From NCBI RefSeq assembly GCF_006345805.1, contig NC_043013.1:9300001-9364000 (forward strand): a stretch of 64,000 nt of DNA. Direction: 5' to 3'. The position numbers were made by a program, and so were the translations under genes. The notes below the pieces were generated by a model. It saw nothing but the letters and a program-made list of their open reading frames with translations. It was not told the DNA's origin and made no database searches. The stretch is from Octopus sinensis (lineage: Eukaryota). Shown here piece after piece: positions 51,723-63,383 of this stretch. The stretch's first letter is position 1. Each line of letters starts with the position of its first letter.

Positions 51723-53002
51723 ATATCTGGCCCAAATATTCTACCTGTTTTATGTTCGAATTGGGCACATTCTGACCTCTCTCACTTACCTTGCAATCAT
51801 CATCATCATCATCATTGTTTAATGTCTGCTCTCCATGCTGGCATGTGTTGGATGGTTTGACATAGAGCTGGCTAACAAGGAGCTGTCCAGACCCCAACTA
51901 TCTGTTGTGGCATGGTTTCTACAACTGGATGTCCTTCCTAATGCCAACCACTTAGCAGAGTGTGCTGGGTGCTTTTCAAGGGGAATCAGCTCCTGAAAGG
52001 ACAAGCCTGTATGTGTGGATGTGGAAGACGGTGATTTTACTTAGCTTGATGTGCCTTATCAAGTATAGCAAATTGCCATATCTCATGGTCCCTTGTCATT
52101 TCTTCAGTGAGGCCCAGCATCCGAAGATCCTTTCTCACCACTTTGTCCCTCTAAAAATAAACAACCACATCATCGAAATGTTGAAGCTATGAGATAATGC
52201 ATGATTAATTCAAAGCAATTTGAGTAAATCACCATGTGACAGGATGAGGATCCTGTCACACAAAATTTAAGTTGAATAAACGGAGACAAAGTCAGGCGGT
52301 CTTCGATAACAGTAAGTGGTGGTTTATTCTGCGGTTACAGGTAAGAACTAGTGCATGTGTATCTTTAGTAGGGAAGCCGGCAGCCGAATCCGCAGGACTG
52401 GTTGCGATGCTTTCTTGTTGCGAGTCAAGACGATTCGTCGTATGTAAGGTGGCGAGCTGGCAGAAACGTTAGCACACCGGGCGAAATGCTTAGCAGTATT
52501 TCGTCTGTCTTTACATTCTGAGTTCAAATTCCGCCAAGATCGACTTTACCTAATTGACTGGCCCCTCCCCAAAAATTTTGGGCCTTGTGCCTAGAGGAGA
52601 ATAGAATATGTATATGTGTGTGTGTGTATAGGTAAGTTTATGCATGTGTATATATGGATATGTATTTATCTGTGTATATGTGTGTGAGATATATAGTGAA
52701 GGCACATGGTTTAATGGTTAGAGGTTTGAGCTCACAATCATGAGGTAGTGAGTTCGATTCCTGGACTGGGCTGTGTGCTGTGTTCTTCAGCATTCACATT
52801 GCTCCAGTTCACTCAGTTGTAGAAATGAGTTGTGATATAACTGGTGTCAAACTGCATCAGCCCTTGCTTTTCCCTTAGATATCGTCAGTGGTGAGTAGAG
52901 GAGAGGCTGGTATGCATGGGCGACTGCTGGTCTTCCATAAACAAGCTTACCCAGACCTGTGTCGCAGAGGGTAACTTTCATGACTGAAGGAGGTCTTTAC
53001 TG

Positions 53003-53035
<33 letters not shown>

Positions 53036-53384
53036 CCTTGTGGTTGGAATGGAATCTACATAGTAAGATCAGGTGACTTACACCACTTGGTAATGAGAAA
53101 ACATACTTCACTAATATTCGGCAAAGATCTCATGCCAAAAAATCTTTAAAAAGACATGTCTTATCAACAAAATGAAAATTCCTGAATATCAAATGTATCC
53201 ATTTGATTCATGCTTTATTTTAACCCTTTGGATGTTATTTCGGTCACGTAGTTCTAACTGCTAATGTTGTTTTTCCAAGTTGTGCTGCTAATTCGGTTCT
53301 GTTCTATAATTCTCTATTAAATCAATCAATACCGCTACTGCTTGCACTGTTAGTTTAATTAGATGTGACACTCCTCTCTTCTAA

Positions 53385-53462
<78 letters not shown>

Positions 53463-54371
53463 CACTCTCTCTCTAACTTGTCATTTTTAACCTCCCTAAT
53501 TGTGTCAGCTAAATGTCAAAAACATCAATTTATTGCATTTTTTTTTGTTTTAATATATTTTGTCATTTTTTCCTTTCTGAAACCATGGGCTTGGTTTCAT
53601 TTTTTTTTTTTATTCTTTCCTCCATATAGAACCAAATAAGTAATAAATCAATATTATTCTCCCTATAAAGGTCTCATAGATTTTATTTTTATTTATTCAT
53701 TTATTTTTATTCTTCCTAATATCTCGTTTGCGGACAAAGGTTAGCGAAATTAGTTGATTTATAATTGCAATCAGTTTATTTCAGATTTCTAAATTACCTA
53801 TCAGCGATAATTTCTTTCTTCTGATGAATAAAATAAACCTTATAATATAAATGGCAATGTAATTTGAAAGAATATTGAGAGAATATTCACAGAATATTGT
53901 AATTATAATCAAAGGTTGATCAACAATGATGAATTATAAATTAGGTAAGTGGATGTAGATTAGTAAATATGTCAAAATAGATAACTGTTAACGAGGAAAC
54001 TAATAAAAATGGATATCTGATTATGCAAGAACATTGTGGAATTGATTATTTATGAGATGATCTCAAGGCACGCAATTGAGTATTGAATGATTATGGGTAA
54101 CAGCAGAGTCATGTGGAAATAATAATAATAATCATAATAATAATAATAATAATAATGATGATTTCAAATTTTGGCACAAAGCCAGCAGTTTTGGAGGAGG
54201 GCTTAAGTCGATTTCATCGACTCCAGTGTTGAACTGGTACTTATTTTATTGACCCCGAGAGGATGAAAGGCAAAGTTAACTTTGGCAGAATTTGAACTCA
54301 GAACGTAAAGACAGACAAAAATGCCACTAAGCATTTTGTCCAGCTTGCTACTGCTTCTGCCATCTCAACAC

Positions 54372-54510
54372 CTTAATAATAATAATAATAAATAATAATG
54401 ATAATAATAATAATAATAAATAATAATGATAATAATAATAATAATAATATTAATAGTAATAATGACAATAATATGATAATAATAATAATGATGATGATGA
54501 TAATATGATG

Positions 54511-54546
<36 letters not shown>

Positions 54547-54765
54547 TAATAATAATAATGATAATAATAATAATAATAATATTAATAGTAATAATGACAA
54601 TAATATGATAATAATAATAATGATGATGATGATAATATGATGATAATAATAATAATAATAATAATAATATAATAATAATAATGATAATAATAATAATAAT
54701 AATATTAATAGTAATAATGACAATAATATGATAATAATAATAATGATGATGATGATAATATGATG

Positions 54766-54809
<44 letters not shown>

Positions 54810-54810
54810 T
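54372..54810. repeat. (AAT)n microsatellite with ~120-bp higher-order unit x3
   Basis: ATATTAATAGTAATAATGACAATAATATGAT...GATGATGATGATAATATGAT recurs three times. Confidence 0.9.
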
Positions 54811-55191
54811 TCAAATTTTGGCACAAGGCCAGTAATTTTAGTGGATAAGGTTAGTCAAACTCAGATAGTAAAAGAGCTGGAAGAGATAACGCTTAGCATT
54901 TTGTCTCATACATTTAGGATTCCGCCAGTTCCTCCCCTGATTAATAACCTGATGATGATGATTCTTTCTATTCTAGGTGGAAATTCAGGAATTTTGGGGG
55001 CTAGTTGATTTCAGTGATCCTCTTACTTAACTGGTACTTAGTATTGACCTCAAATGGATGAAAGGTAAAGTCGACCTTGATAGAAATTGAACTCTGTTGT
55101 TTACAGCCAGAAGGAATGTCGCCAAGCATTTTCTCTATGCTCTAATGTTTCTGCCAGCTCACCAACTTTATTAATAATAAACATAATAATG

Positions 55192-55238
<47 letters not shown>

Positions 55239-55687
55239 TAATAATAATAATCATCCTTTCTGCTAAAGGCACAAAGCCTGCAAATGGTACTTATTTTATT
55301 GTTCCTGGAAAGATGAAAAAGCAAAGTTGATCTTTAGGGGGAATTTGAACACAGAATGTAAAGTTTAAAAAATGCTTTGAAGCATTTTGTCTGGTGTGCT
55401 AATGATTCTGCCAGCTTGCTGCCTCCTCTTCCTCCTCCTCCTCCTCCACAACAACAACAACAACAACAATGGCTTCACATAATAGAGACTTTGGGAGAAA
55501 GGGTAAGACAATTACATCGACCTCCCCCCAGTGCTCATCTGGTACTTATTTTATCGACCCTGAAAGGTTAAAAGGCGAAGTTGACCTTGGTGGAATTTGA
55601 ACTCAAATGGTAAAGGGCTGGAAGAAATGATGATAAGTATTTTGTTTGTCTAATGCACTTATGATTCTATCAGCTTACGACCTTGAA

Positions 55688-55722
<35 letters not shown>

Positions 55723-55775
55723 TAATAATTAATAATAATTAATGATAATAATAATTAATGATAATAATTAATAAT

Positions 55776-55807
<32 letters not shown>

Positions 55808-55942
55808 ATTAATAACAATAGTAATTAATAATAATTAATAACAATAGTAATTAATAATAATTAATAACAATAGTAATTAATAATAATTAATAATAATAAT
55901 AATAAACAATAATAATAATAATAATAAATAATAACAATAATA

Positions 55943-55975
<33 letters not shown>

Positions 55976-58892
55976 TTAATAATAATAATTAATAATAATA
56001 AATAATAATAATAATAAATGCCCTAATGCAGTGCCAGGCAGTGGCTCTCATGGCTTCTGATCTTAACTGATTGTAAGTGTTATCATGTACATTGTTTTGT
56101 CTTGGTATAAAAGATGGGCTACAGCAAATATTCTCCTCAATACCACAGATTTGCTTGTCAGTTGTTTGACTTTAACCAGTTGAGCATGTCCCTTGGTGAC
56201 TGACGATATGTGCATCTCTGATCACGAGCAGAAGTAGTGGGGGAGCACCATAGCCGTGTGTTGAAAGGAATTCTTGGAGGTTTGGATAATTCTCCTCTGG
56301 AAACATGGGTGTTGTGTTCATCATCCTTAAGGGATCTTTTGAGCTTGATGGGCTACTCAGCCTGGAGAAAATTCTAGCTAGGCCCCCACCTGCAAGGTCA
56401 TGTGCTGTTTGTCATGATATGAGATCACAATGTCATGCACATATGGTTGTAATGCATGTGCCTGGTGTACCCTTATCAGACAATGGTTAGTCATGATGGG
56501 TATATTGGGCTTCGTATATTTTACCCCAGTGTCACTTTGATTGCATGCACTGCTCTCGCACTCAATAATAATAATAATAATAATACTTATGGCTTCAAAT
56601 TTTGGTACAAGTCCAGTAACTTTGGGGAAGGGGTAAGTTGATTACATTGACCCCAGTGTCTAACTGGTACTTATTTTGTTGACCCTGAAAGGATGAAAGG
56701 CAAAGGTGACCTTGGTGGAATTTGAGCTCAAATGGCAAAGGGTTGGAAAAAATGATGATAAGCATTTTGTCTGATGCACTTATGATTCTATCAGCTTACG
56801 ACCTTTAAAAAAAAAATTATAATAATAATAACAACAGCAACAACAATAATGGTTTCAAAGTTTGGCACAAGGCCATCTATTTCATGGGAGTGGGTAAGTT
56901 GATTACACCAACCCCCATTGGTCAACTGGTATCTATCTTGTTGAGCTTGAAAGGATGACAGGCAAAGTTGACCTCAGCGGAATTTGAACTCAGAACATAA
57001 AGCCTGGTGTGCTATTGATTCTGTCAGTTTGTTGCCTCAATAATAGTAATAATAGCAATGGTTTCTGATTTAAGCACAAGCTAGCAATTTTTAAGAGAGT
57101 GGGGTTAGTCATGTCATATCGATCCCAGTACTTGATTAGCATTATATTTAGTGACCCCCAGAACGGGGAAAGGTGAAGTTGACTCCTGCAGGATTTGAAG
57201 TCAGATAAATACTTCAAGACATTTTGTCCAACTCTCTTGTGATGCAGTTATTTCACCATCTTCATACTATCATTGTCTTTACATCCACTTTTCCATGGTT
57301 GCATGGGTTGGACTGAGTATTTTGAGGCTGATTTTATGACTGGATTCCCTTCCTGTCACTAAACCTTACCTGTTCCTATGCAAAGTAATATTTCTCCATA
57401 GTCAGACATGGTTTTTAAATACTGGAAATGAATGACTCTGCTTGTATAACAGTGACACTTGTTTACAGCAACTACTCTATGATGGAAGGCAAGGAGACAC
57501 AAACATACACTCATTAACACATATTCTCTCTCTCTCTCTCTCACACACACATACACACACACACACATACACACACACACACACACTGGGTTTCTTTCAG
57601 TTTATGTCTACCAAATCCACTTGCAAGGTTTTGGATCAGCCTGGAGCTATAGTAGAAGTCTATTGCCCAAGGTGCCATGCAATGGGACTGAACTCAGAAC
57701 TATGTGGTAATTTTGTTAATATTTTACTGAATTTTGTTAATATTTTATTGAATTTTGTCAATTTCCTTTCTTTTTCTGTTACTCTTTTGGTTTTTGATTG
57801 CCCATATCCTCACACTCCCCTTCGACTCCCAGTCATCTTTTCTCTTCCATATACTCTTCCATTTTAGACAAAGCTTTGCAACATATAGGCGCAGGAGTGG
57901 CTGTGTGGTAAGTAGCTTGCTAACCAACCACATGGTCCCGGGTTCAGTCCCACTGCGTGGCATCTTGGGCAAGTGTCTTCTGCTATAGCCCCGGGCCGAC
58001 CAATGCCTTGTGAGTAGATTTGGTAGACGGAAACTGAAAGAAGCCTGTCGTATATATGTATATATATATAAGTGTGTGTGTATATGTTTGTGTGTCTGTG
58101 TTTGTCCCCCTAGCATGCACCGATGCTGGTGTGTTTACGTCCCCGTCACTTAGCGGTTCGGCAAAAGAGACCAATAGAATAAGTACTGGGCTTACAAAGA
58201 ATAAGTCGACTAAAGGCGGTGCTCCAGCATGGCCGCAGTCAAATGACTGAAACAAGTAAAAGAGTAAAAGAGATACCTCTCATGCCTCCTCATATAATGG
58301 TTAGCAGTCATTACCTGAAACGGTCTTCTACTTTATCTCATACACCCATAGTAGCTTGTCAGTTTTTCAGTCCAGTTCTTATTAATGTAGGTCATCACAA
58401 ACTTATCAGTTCTGGTGATTTTTCTTTCTTAATTCTAAATTCTTTCATGTTTCTGAATACAAATTCCATTGGTGTCAGTTTTGCCTTTCATCCCCCCCCC
58501 CCCCCCCCCCGTAGCCAGAATAAATTAAATACCAATAATACATTAACTTTGAACCAATCAGTTCCACTTTTTGTCATTTTACAAAGACCGACCTCTGCCT
58601 TTGAAAGAAACCGTATCTCACCAAGCATGTGTACAATCAATCTTCACGATTATTTAATCATCGTATACTTTGATATTGCTTTATCATTGACGGACATAGG
58701 TATCTTCTTGTGAAACTGGATAACCTCTTAACTTGGCTTTCCTACACACATTAAGTTACAGCCAACGTGTTCCTGAATGTGTGTGTGTGTGTGTGCAGTA
58801 CATGTATTTGCTTCTCTGTCTCTTTCTCTTTATCTTACCTTTACTCTTTTACATGTTTCAGTCATTTGACCGTGACCATGCTGATTATGGCC

Positions 58893-59970
58893 TCACTTGT
58901 CCTGCCGGGTCTTCTCACGCACATCATGTTTCCATAGGTCTCGGTCTCTAGTCATTTCCTCGGTGAGACCTAAAGTTTGAAGGTCGTGCTTCACCACCTC
59001 GTCCCAGGTTTTCCTGGGTCTACCTCTTCCACAGGTTCCCTCAACCGCTAGGGTGTGGCACTTTTTCACACAACTATCTTCATCCATTCTCGCCACATGA
59101 CCATACCAGCGCAAACATCTCTCTTGCACACCACAACTGATGCTTCTTAGGTCTAATTTTTCTCTCAAAGAACTTACACTCTGTCGAGTATGAAGACTGA
59201 CATTACACATCCATCGGAGCATACTGGCTTCATTTCTTGCAAGCTTACGCATATCCTCAGCAGTCACGGCCCATGTTTCACTGCCATGTAGCATGGCTGT
59301 TCGTACACATGCGTCATACAATCTGCCTTTTACTCTCAGCGAGAGGCCTTTTGTCACCAGCAGAGGTAAGAGCTCTCTGAACTTTGCCCAGGCTATTCTT
59401 ACTCTAGCAGTTACACTTTCAGCGCACCCGCCCCCGTTACTGACTTGGTCACCTAGGTAACGGAAGCTATCAACTACTTCTAGTTTTTCTCCCTGGAATG
59501 TGGCGGAAGATGGTCTCTGCGTATTTTCAGTGTTTATTACTCCCGAGCATCTGCCATATATAAAAACTATTTTCCTAGTTAGCCTTCCTTTGACATTGCT
59601 GCACCTCTTATGTGTCCATAGCTTACACTTGGTGCATCTTATAGAGTTTCTACCTACGCCTTTTCTACAGATCGAGCAGGGCCATCTACCTGAATGTGTT
59701 TGTGATTTGTCTACCTTCCTACTTATTAGAATTTTGGTTTTAGCTAGGTTGACTCTTAGGCCCTTCGATTCTAATCCTTGCTTCCACACCTGAAACTTCT
59801 CCTCCAGTTCTGATAGTGACTCAGCAATTAGGGCAAGGTCATCAGCATAGAGGAGCTCCCAGGGGCAGCCTGTTTTGAATTCCTCCGTTATTGCTTGGAG
59901 GACTATGATAAATAGGAGGGGGCTGAGGACTGAACCTTGGTGGACCCCTACCTCTACCCCTACCCTTACC
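58893..59970 (-). mobile_element. 5'-truncated RTE-clade LINE, RT C-terminal half with internal PHD-like finger; frame still open
   Basis: VGVHQGSVLSPLLF, LLYADD, FRYLG, LRWYGHVARM, GRGRPRKTW motifs in the 58893-60089 ORF. The N-terminal YI/RE run of that ORF is a microsatellite artefact. Confidence 0.93.
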
Positions 59971-59992
59971 TCTCTCTCTCTATATATATATG

Positions 59993-60042
<50 letters not shown>

Positions 60043-60177
60043 GAGGGCATTATACATACATGCCAGACGGCATTATACATACATGCCAAACGCTAAGAGG
60101 GACAATCAGTCATTTCTACCAAAAATATTACTAATCCCACCGAATGCAATTTTTCAAAGTAAGACATTTAAAAATAT

Positions 60178-60225
60178 AGACCTGTATCACAGTGATTTCA
60201 TACTTACGTAATCATCAGCAGGCCT
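60178..60225 (-). ncRNA. Minimal type I hammerhead ribozyme, monomer 1
   Basis: Minus strand reads AGGCCTG-CTGATGA-TTAC GTAA GTAT-GAAA-TCAC T GTGA-TA^CAGGTCT: 7-bp stem I, exact CUGAUGA and GAAA core, GUAA-capped stem II, palindromic stem III, AUA cleavage triplet. Confidence 0.85.
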
Positions 60226-60656
60226 GAATGTATTATAAATAAACAACGACCCTGTCCCGCTTAAGCCGATCAGCTAATTGATCAACATCAACGAAGCACA
60301 TGGGTGAGTTTACATATATTACATCCGGGTAAGTGGCAAACTTTTACGAATTGCATTTCGGGAGAGGAAAAGTTTTTTCGGAATAAAAATTTAGCAATTA
60401 AGGACAACTACTTAATAAGGAAAACTTAACAAGAAATTGTCAGGTAGATAGCGTAAAAACCTCATAAGAGAAAAAATTTCGAAAATAATTATTTCTTATT
60501 GAACATATTAATTTATATATAGAGGGCATTATACATACATGCCAGACGGCATTATACATACATGCCAAACGCTAAGAGGGACAATCAGTCATTTCTACCA
60601 AAAATATTACTAATCCCACCGAATGCAATTTTTCAAAGTAAGACATTTAAAAATAT

Positions 60657-60704
60657 AGACCTGTATCACAGTGATTTCATACTTACGTAATCATCAGCAG
60701 GCCT
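60657..60704 (-). ncRNA. Minimal type I hammerhead ribozyme, monomer 2
   Basis: Identical to the monomer 1 motif, shifted by 479 bp. Confidence 0.85.
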
Positions 60705-61134
60705 GAATGTATTATAAATAAACAACGACCCTGCCCCGCTTAAGCCGATCAGCTAACTGATCAACATCAACGAAGCACATGGGTGAGTTTACATATATTA
60801 CATCCGGGTAAGTGGCAAACTTTTACGAATTGCATTTCGGGAGAGGAAAAGTTTTTTCGGAATAAAAATTTAGCAATTAAGGACAACTACTTAATAAGGA
60901 AAACTTAACAAGAAATTGTCAGGTAGATAGCGTAAAAACCTCATAAGAGAAAAAATTTCGAAAATAATTATTTCTTATTGAACATATTAATTTATATATA
61001 GAGGGCATTATACATACATGCCAGACGGCATTATACATACATGCCAAACGCTAAGAGGGACAATCAGTCATTTCTACCAAAAATATACTAATCCCACCGA
61101 ATGCAATTTTTCAAAGTAAGACATTTAAAAATAT

Positions 61135-61181
61135 AGACCTGTATCCAGTGATTTCATACTTACGTAATCATCAGCAGGCCT
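61135..61181 (-). ncRNA. Minimal type I hammerhead ribozyme, monomer 3 (1-nt deletion in stem III)
   Basis: Same core, but stem III reads TCACTGGA instead of TCACTGTGA. Could be a real variant or a sequencing indel. Confidence 0.7.
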
Positions 61182-61474
61182 GAATGTATTATAAATAAAC
61201 AACGACCCTGCCCCGCTTAAGCCGATCAGCTAACTGATCAACATCAACGAAGCACATGGGTGAGTTTACATATATTACATCCGGGTAAGTGGCAAACTTT
61301 TACGAATTGCATTTCGGGAGAGGAAAAGTTTTTTCGGAATAAAAATTTAGCAATTAAGGACAACTACTTAATAAGGAAAACTTAACAAGAAATTGTCAGG
61401 TAGATAGCGTAAAAATCTCATAAGAGAAAAAATTTCGAAAATAATTATTTCTTATTGAACATATTAATTTATAT

Positions 61475-62871
61475 CATCATCATCATCATCATCATTTAGC
61501 GTCCGTTTTCCATGCTAGCATGGGTTGGACGGTTCAACTGGGGTCTGGGGAGCCCGAAGGCTGCACCAGGCCAGTCAGATCTGGCAGTGTTTCTACAGCT
61601 GGATGCCCTTCCTAACGCCAACCACTCCGAGAGTGTAGTGGGTGATTTTATGTGCCACCGACACAGGTGCCAGACGAGGCTGGCGAACGGCCACGCTCGG
61701 ATGGTGTTTTTATGTGCCACCGACACAGGTGCCAGACGAGGCTGGCAGACGGCCACGCTCGGATGGTGTTTTTATGTGCCACCGACACAGGTGCCAGATG
61801 AGGCTGGCAGACGGCCACGCTCGGATGGTGTTTTTATGTGCCACCGACACAGGTGCCAGATGAGGCTGGCGGACGGCCACGATCGGATGGTGTTTGTTAC
61901 GTCCCCAAAGCACGGAGGCCAGTCTATGCGGTACTGGCTACGGCCACGTTCGGATGATTTTCTTGTGTGCCACCGGCACTGGTACCACAAAGATACAAAT
62001 TCCATTTATGTTCATCTATTTTGATTTGTTTTGATTTGATTTGATTTGATTTTCACTTGCCTCAACAGGTCTTCACAAGTGTCACAAGAAGGAAGGTATG
62101 CACAGGTGGACTGTCTACGTCGCCGGGTCTTCGGATGGTGTCTTTATGTGCCACCGACACAGGTGCCAGATGTGGCTGGCGAACGGCCACGATCGGATGG
62201 TTTTCTTGTGTGCCACCGGTACTGGAACCACAAAGATACAAATTCCATTGATGTTCGTCTATTTTGATTTGGTTTGATTTTCACTTGCCTCAACAGGTCT
62301 TCACAAGTGTCACGCGTGTCACACACTTGCCTCAACAGGTCTCCACAAGTGTCACACACTTGCCTCTGCCTCAACAGGTCTTCACAAGTGTCACACACTT
62401 GCCTCTGCCTCAACAGGTCTTCACAAGTATCATAAGAGGGAAGGTATGCACAGGTGGACTGACTACGTCGCGGGTCTTTGGATGGTGTTTTTATGTGCCA
62501 CCGACACAGGTGCCAGGTGAGGCTGGCGAACGGCCACGATCAGATGGTGTTTGTTGTGCCCATAGCACGGAGGCCAGTCGATGCGGTACCAGCTACGGCC
62601 ACGTTCGGATGGTTTTCTTGTGTGCCACCGGTACTGGAACCACAAAGATACAAATTCCATTGATATTCATCTATTTTGATTTGGTTTGATTTGATTTTCA
62701 CTTGCCTCAACAGGTCTTCACAAGGGTCACACACTTGCCTCAACAGGTCTCCACAAGTGTCACACACTTGCCTCTGCCTCAACAGGTCTTCACAAGTGTC
62801 ACACACTTGCCTCAACAGGTCTTCACAAGTGTCATAAGAGGGAAGGTATGCACAGGTGGACTGACTACGTC
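61475..62871 (-). mobile_element. RTE LINE 3' UTR fragment with expanded internal VNTRs, (GAT)n tail and TATAT target duplication
   Basis: (CAT)n at 61475, conserved CAGCTGGATGCCCTTCCTAACGCCAACCACT block, 62-bp unit x4 (61650-61897), repeated ~31-37-bp units (62055-62835), TATAT at 61470-61474 and 62872-62876. Confidence 0.8.
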
Positions 62872-62876
62872 TATAT

Positions 62877-63124
62877 ATAGAGAAAAATTGCATTCGGTGG
62901 GATTAGTAATATTTTTGGTAGAAATGACTGATTGTCCCTCTTAGCGTTTGGCATGTATGTATAATGCCGTCTGGCATGTATGTATAATGCCCTCTATATA
63001 TAAATTAATATGTTCAATAAGAAATAATTATTTTCGAAATTTTTTCTCTTATGAGGTTTTTACGCTATCTACCTGACAATTTCTTGTTAAGTTTTCCTTA
63101 TTAAGTAGTTGTCCTTAATTGCTA
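62877..63124 (+). mobile_element. Inverted partial copy of the 479-bp monomer spanning the monomer-monomer junction
   Basis: Its reverse complement matches the last ~125 nt of a monomer followed by the first ~120 nt of the next; it ends in (TA)n. Confidence 0.85.
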
Positions 63125-63149
63125 TATATATATATATTATATATATATA

Positions 63150-63181
<32 letters not shown>

Positions 63182-63190
63182 GTCTATATA

Positions 63191-63383
63191 TATAAGCAAT
63201 AATAAATCTTAGAGCGAGTTATAAACAGTAGCTGCAACACATCATGACGTATATTTGCCATTTAAATATGGCTAACCCCTAAGGGTGGATGCTACTGTAG
63301 TTTGTAGCCCCAGGAGGACATATACGTCATGATGTGTTGCAGCTATTGTTTACAACTCACTTTAAGATTTATTATTGCTTATA
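63191..63383. repeat. Inverted repeat, 64-bp arms, 65-bp spacer, in (TA)n
   Basis: TATAAGCAATAATAAATCTTA...CATGACGTATAT mirrored at 63320-63383. Confidence 0.9.

Larger units (their letters stand above)
60035..61474 (-). mobile_element. Tandem array of three near-identical 479-bp monomers; retrozyme-like / non-autonomous Penelope-like element
   Basis: AGAGGGCATT anchors at 60042, 60521 and 61000 (period 479). No coding ORF, one hammerhead fold per monomer, (TA)n at the left flank, inverted partial copy at 62877-63124. Confidence 0.8.

Noticed and set aside
52321-52346. TTACAG|GTAAG possible recursive splice site
   Set aside because: The polypyrimidine tract is weak, it is not certain the position is intronic, and such a hexamer is expected by chance in 30 kb.
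58219-58713. 164-aa ORF and the SINE-derived ORFs ending ...HGRSQMTETSKRV
   Set aside because: They start inside the SINE A tail, recur wherever the SINE occurs, and have low-complexity continuations.
60199-60226. U1 snRNA-like ATACTTAC and an apparent 16-nt AG/GT microexon on the minus strand
   Set aside because: Only 8 nt match U1. The GTAAGT is simply the hammerhead stem II loop, and no gene is evident on that strand.
60035-61474. 479-bp array as a Helitron tandem (TCTATATATAAA at each junction on the minus strand)
   Set aside because: There is no CTRR end with the GC hairpin seen in the true Helitrons here; the hammerhead and 5' inversion fit a PLE/retrozyme better.
61640-62835. CRISPR-like regular repeats (also 8520-8790 and 44170-44285)
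   Set aside because: Units are full tandem copies without unique spacers, they lie inside LINE sequence in an intron-bearing animal genome, and there are no cas genes.
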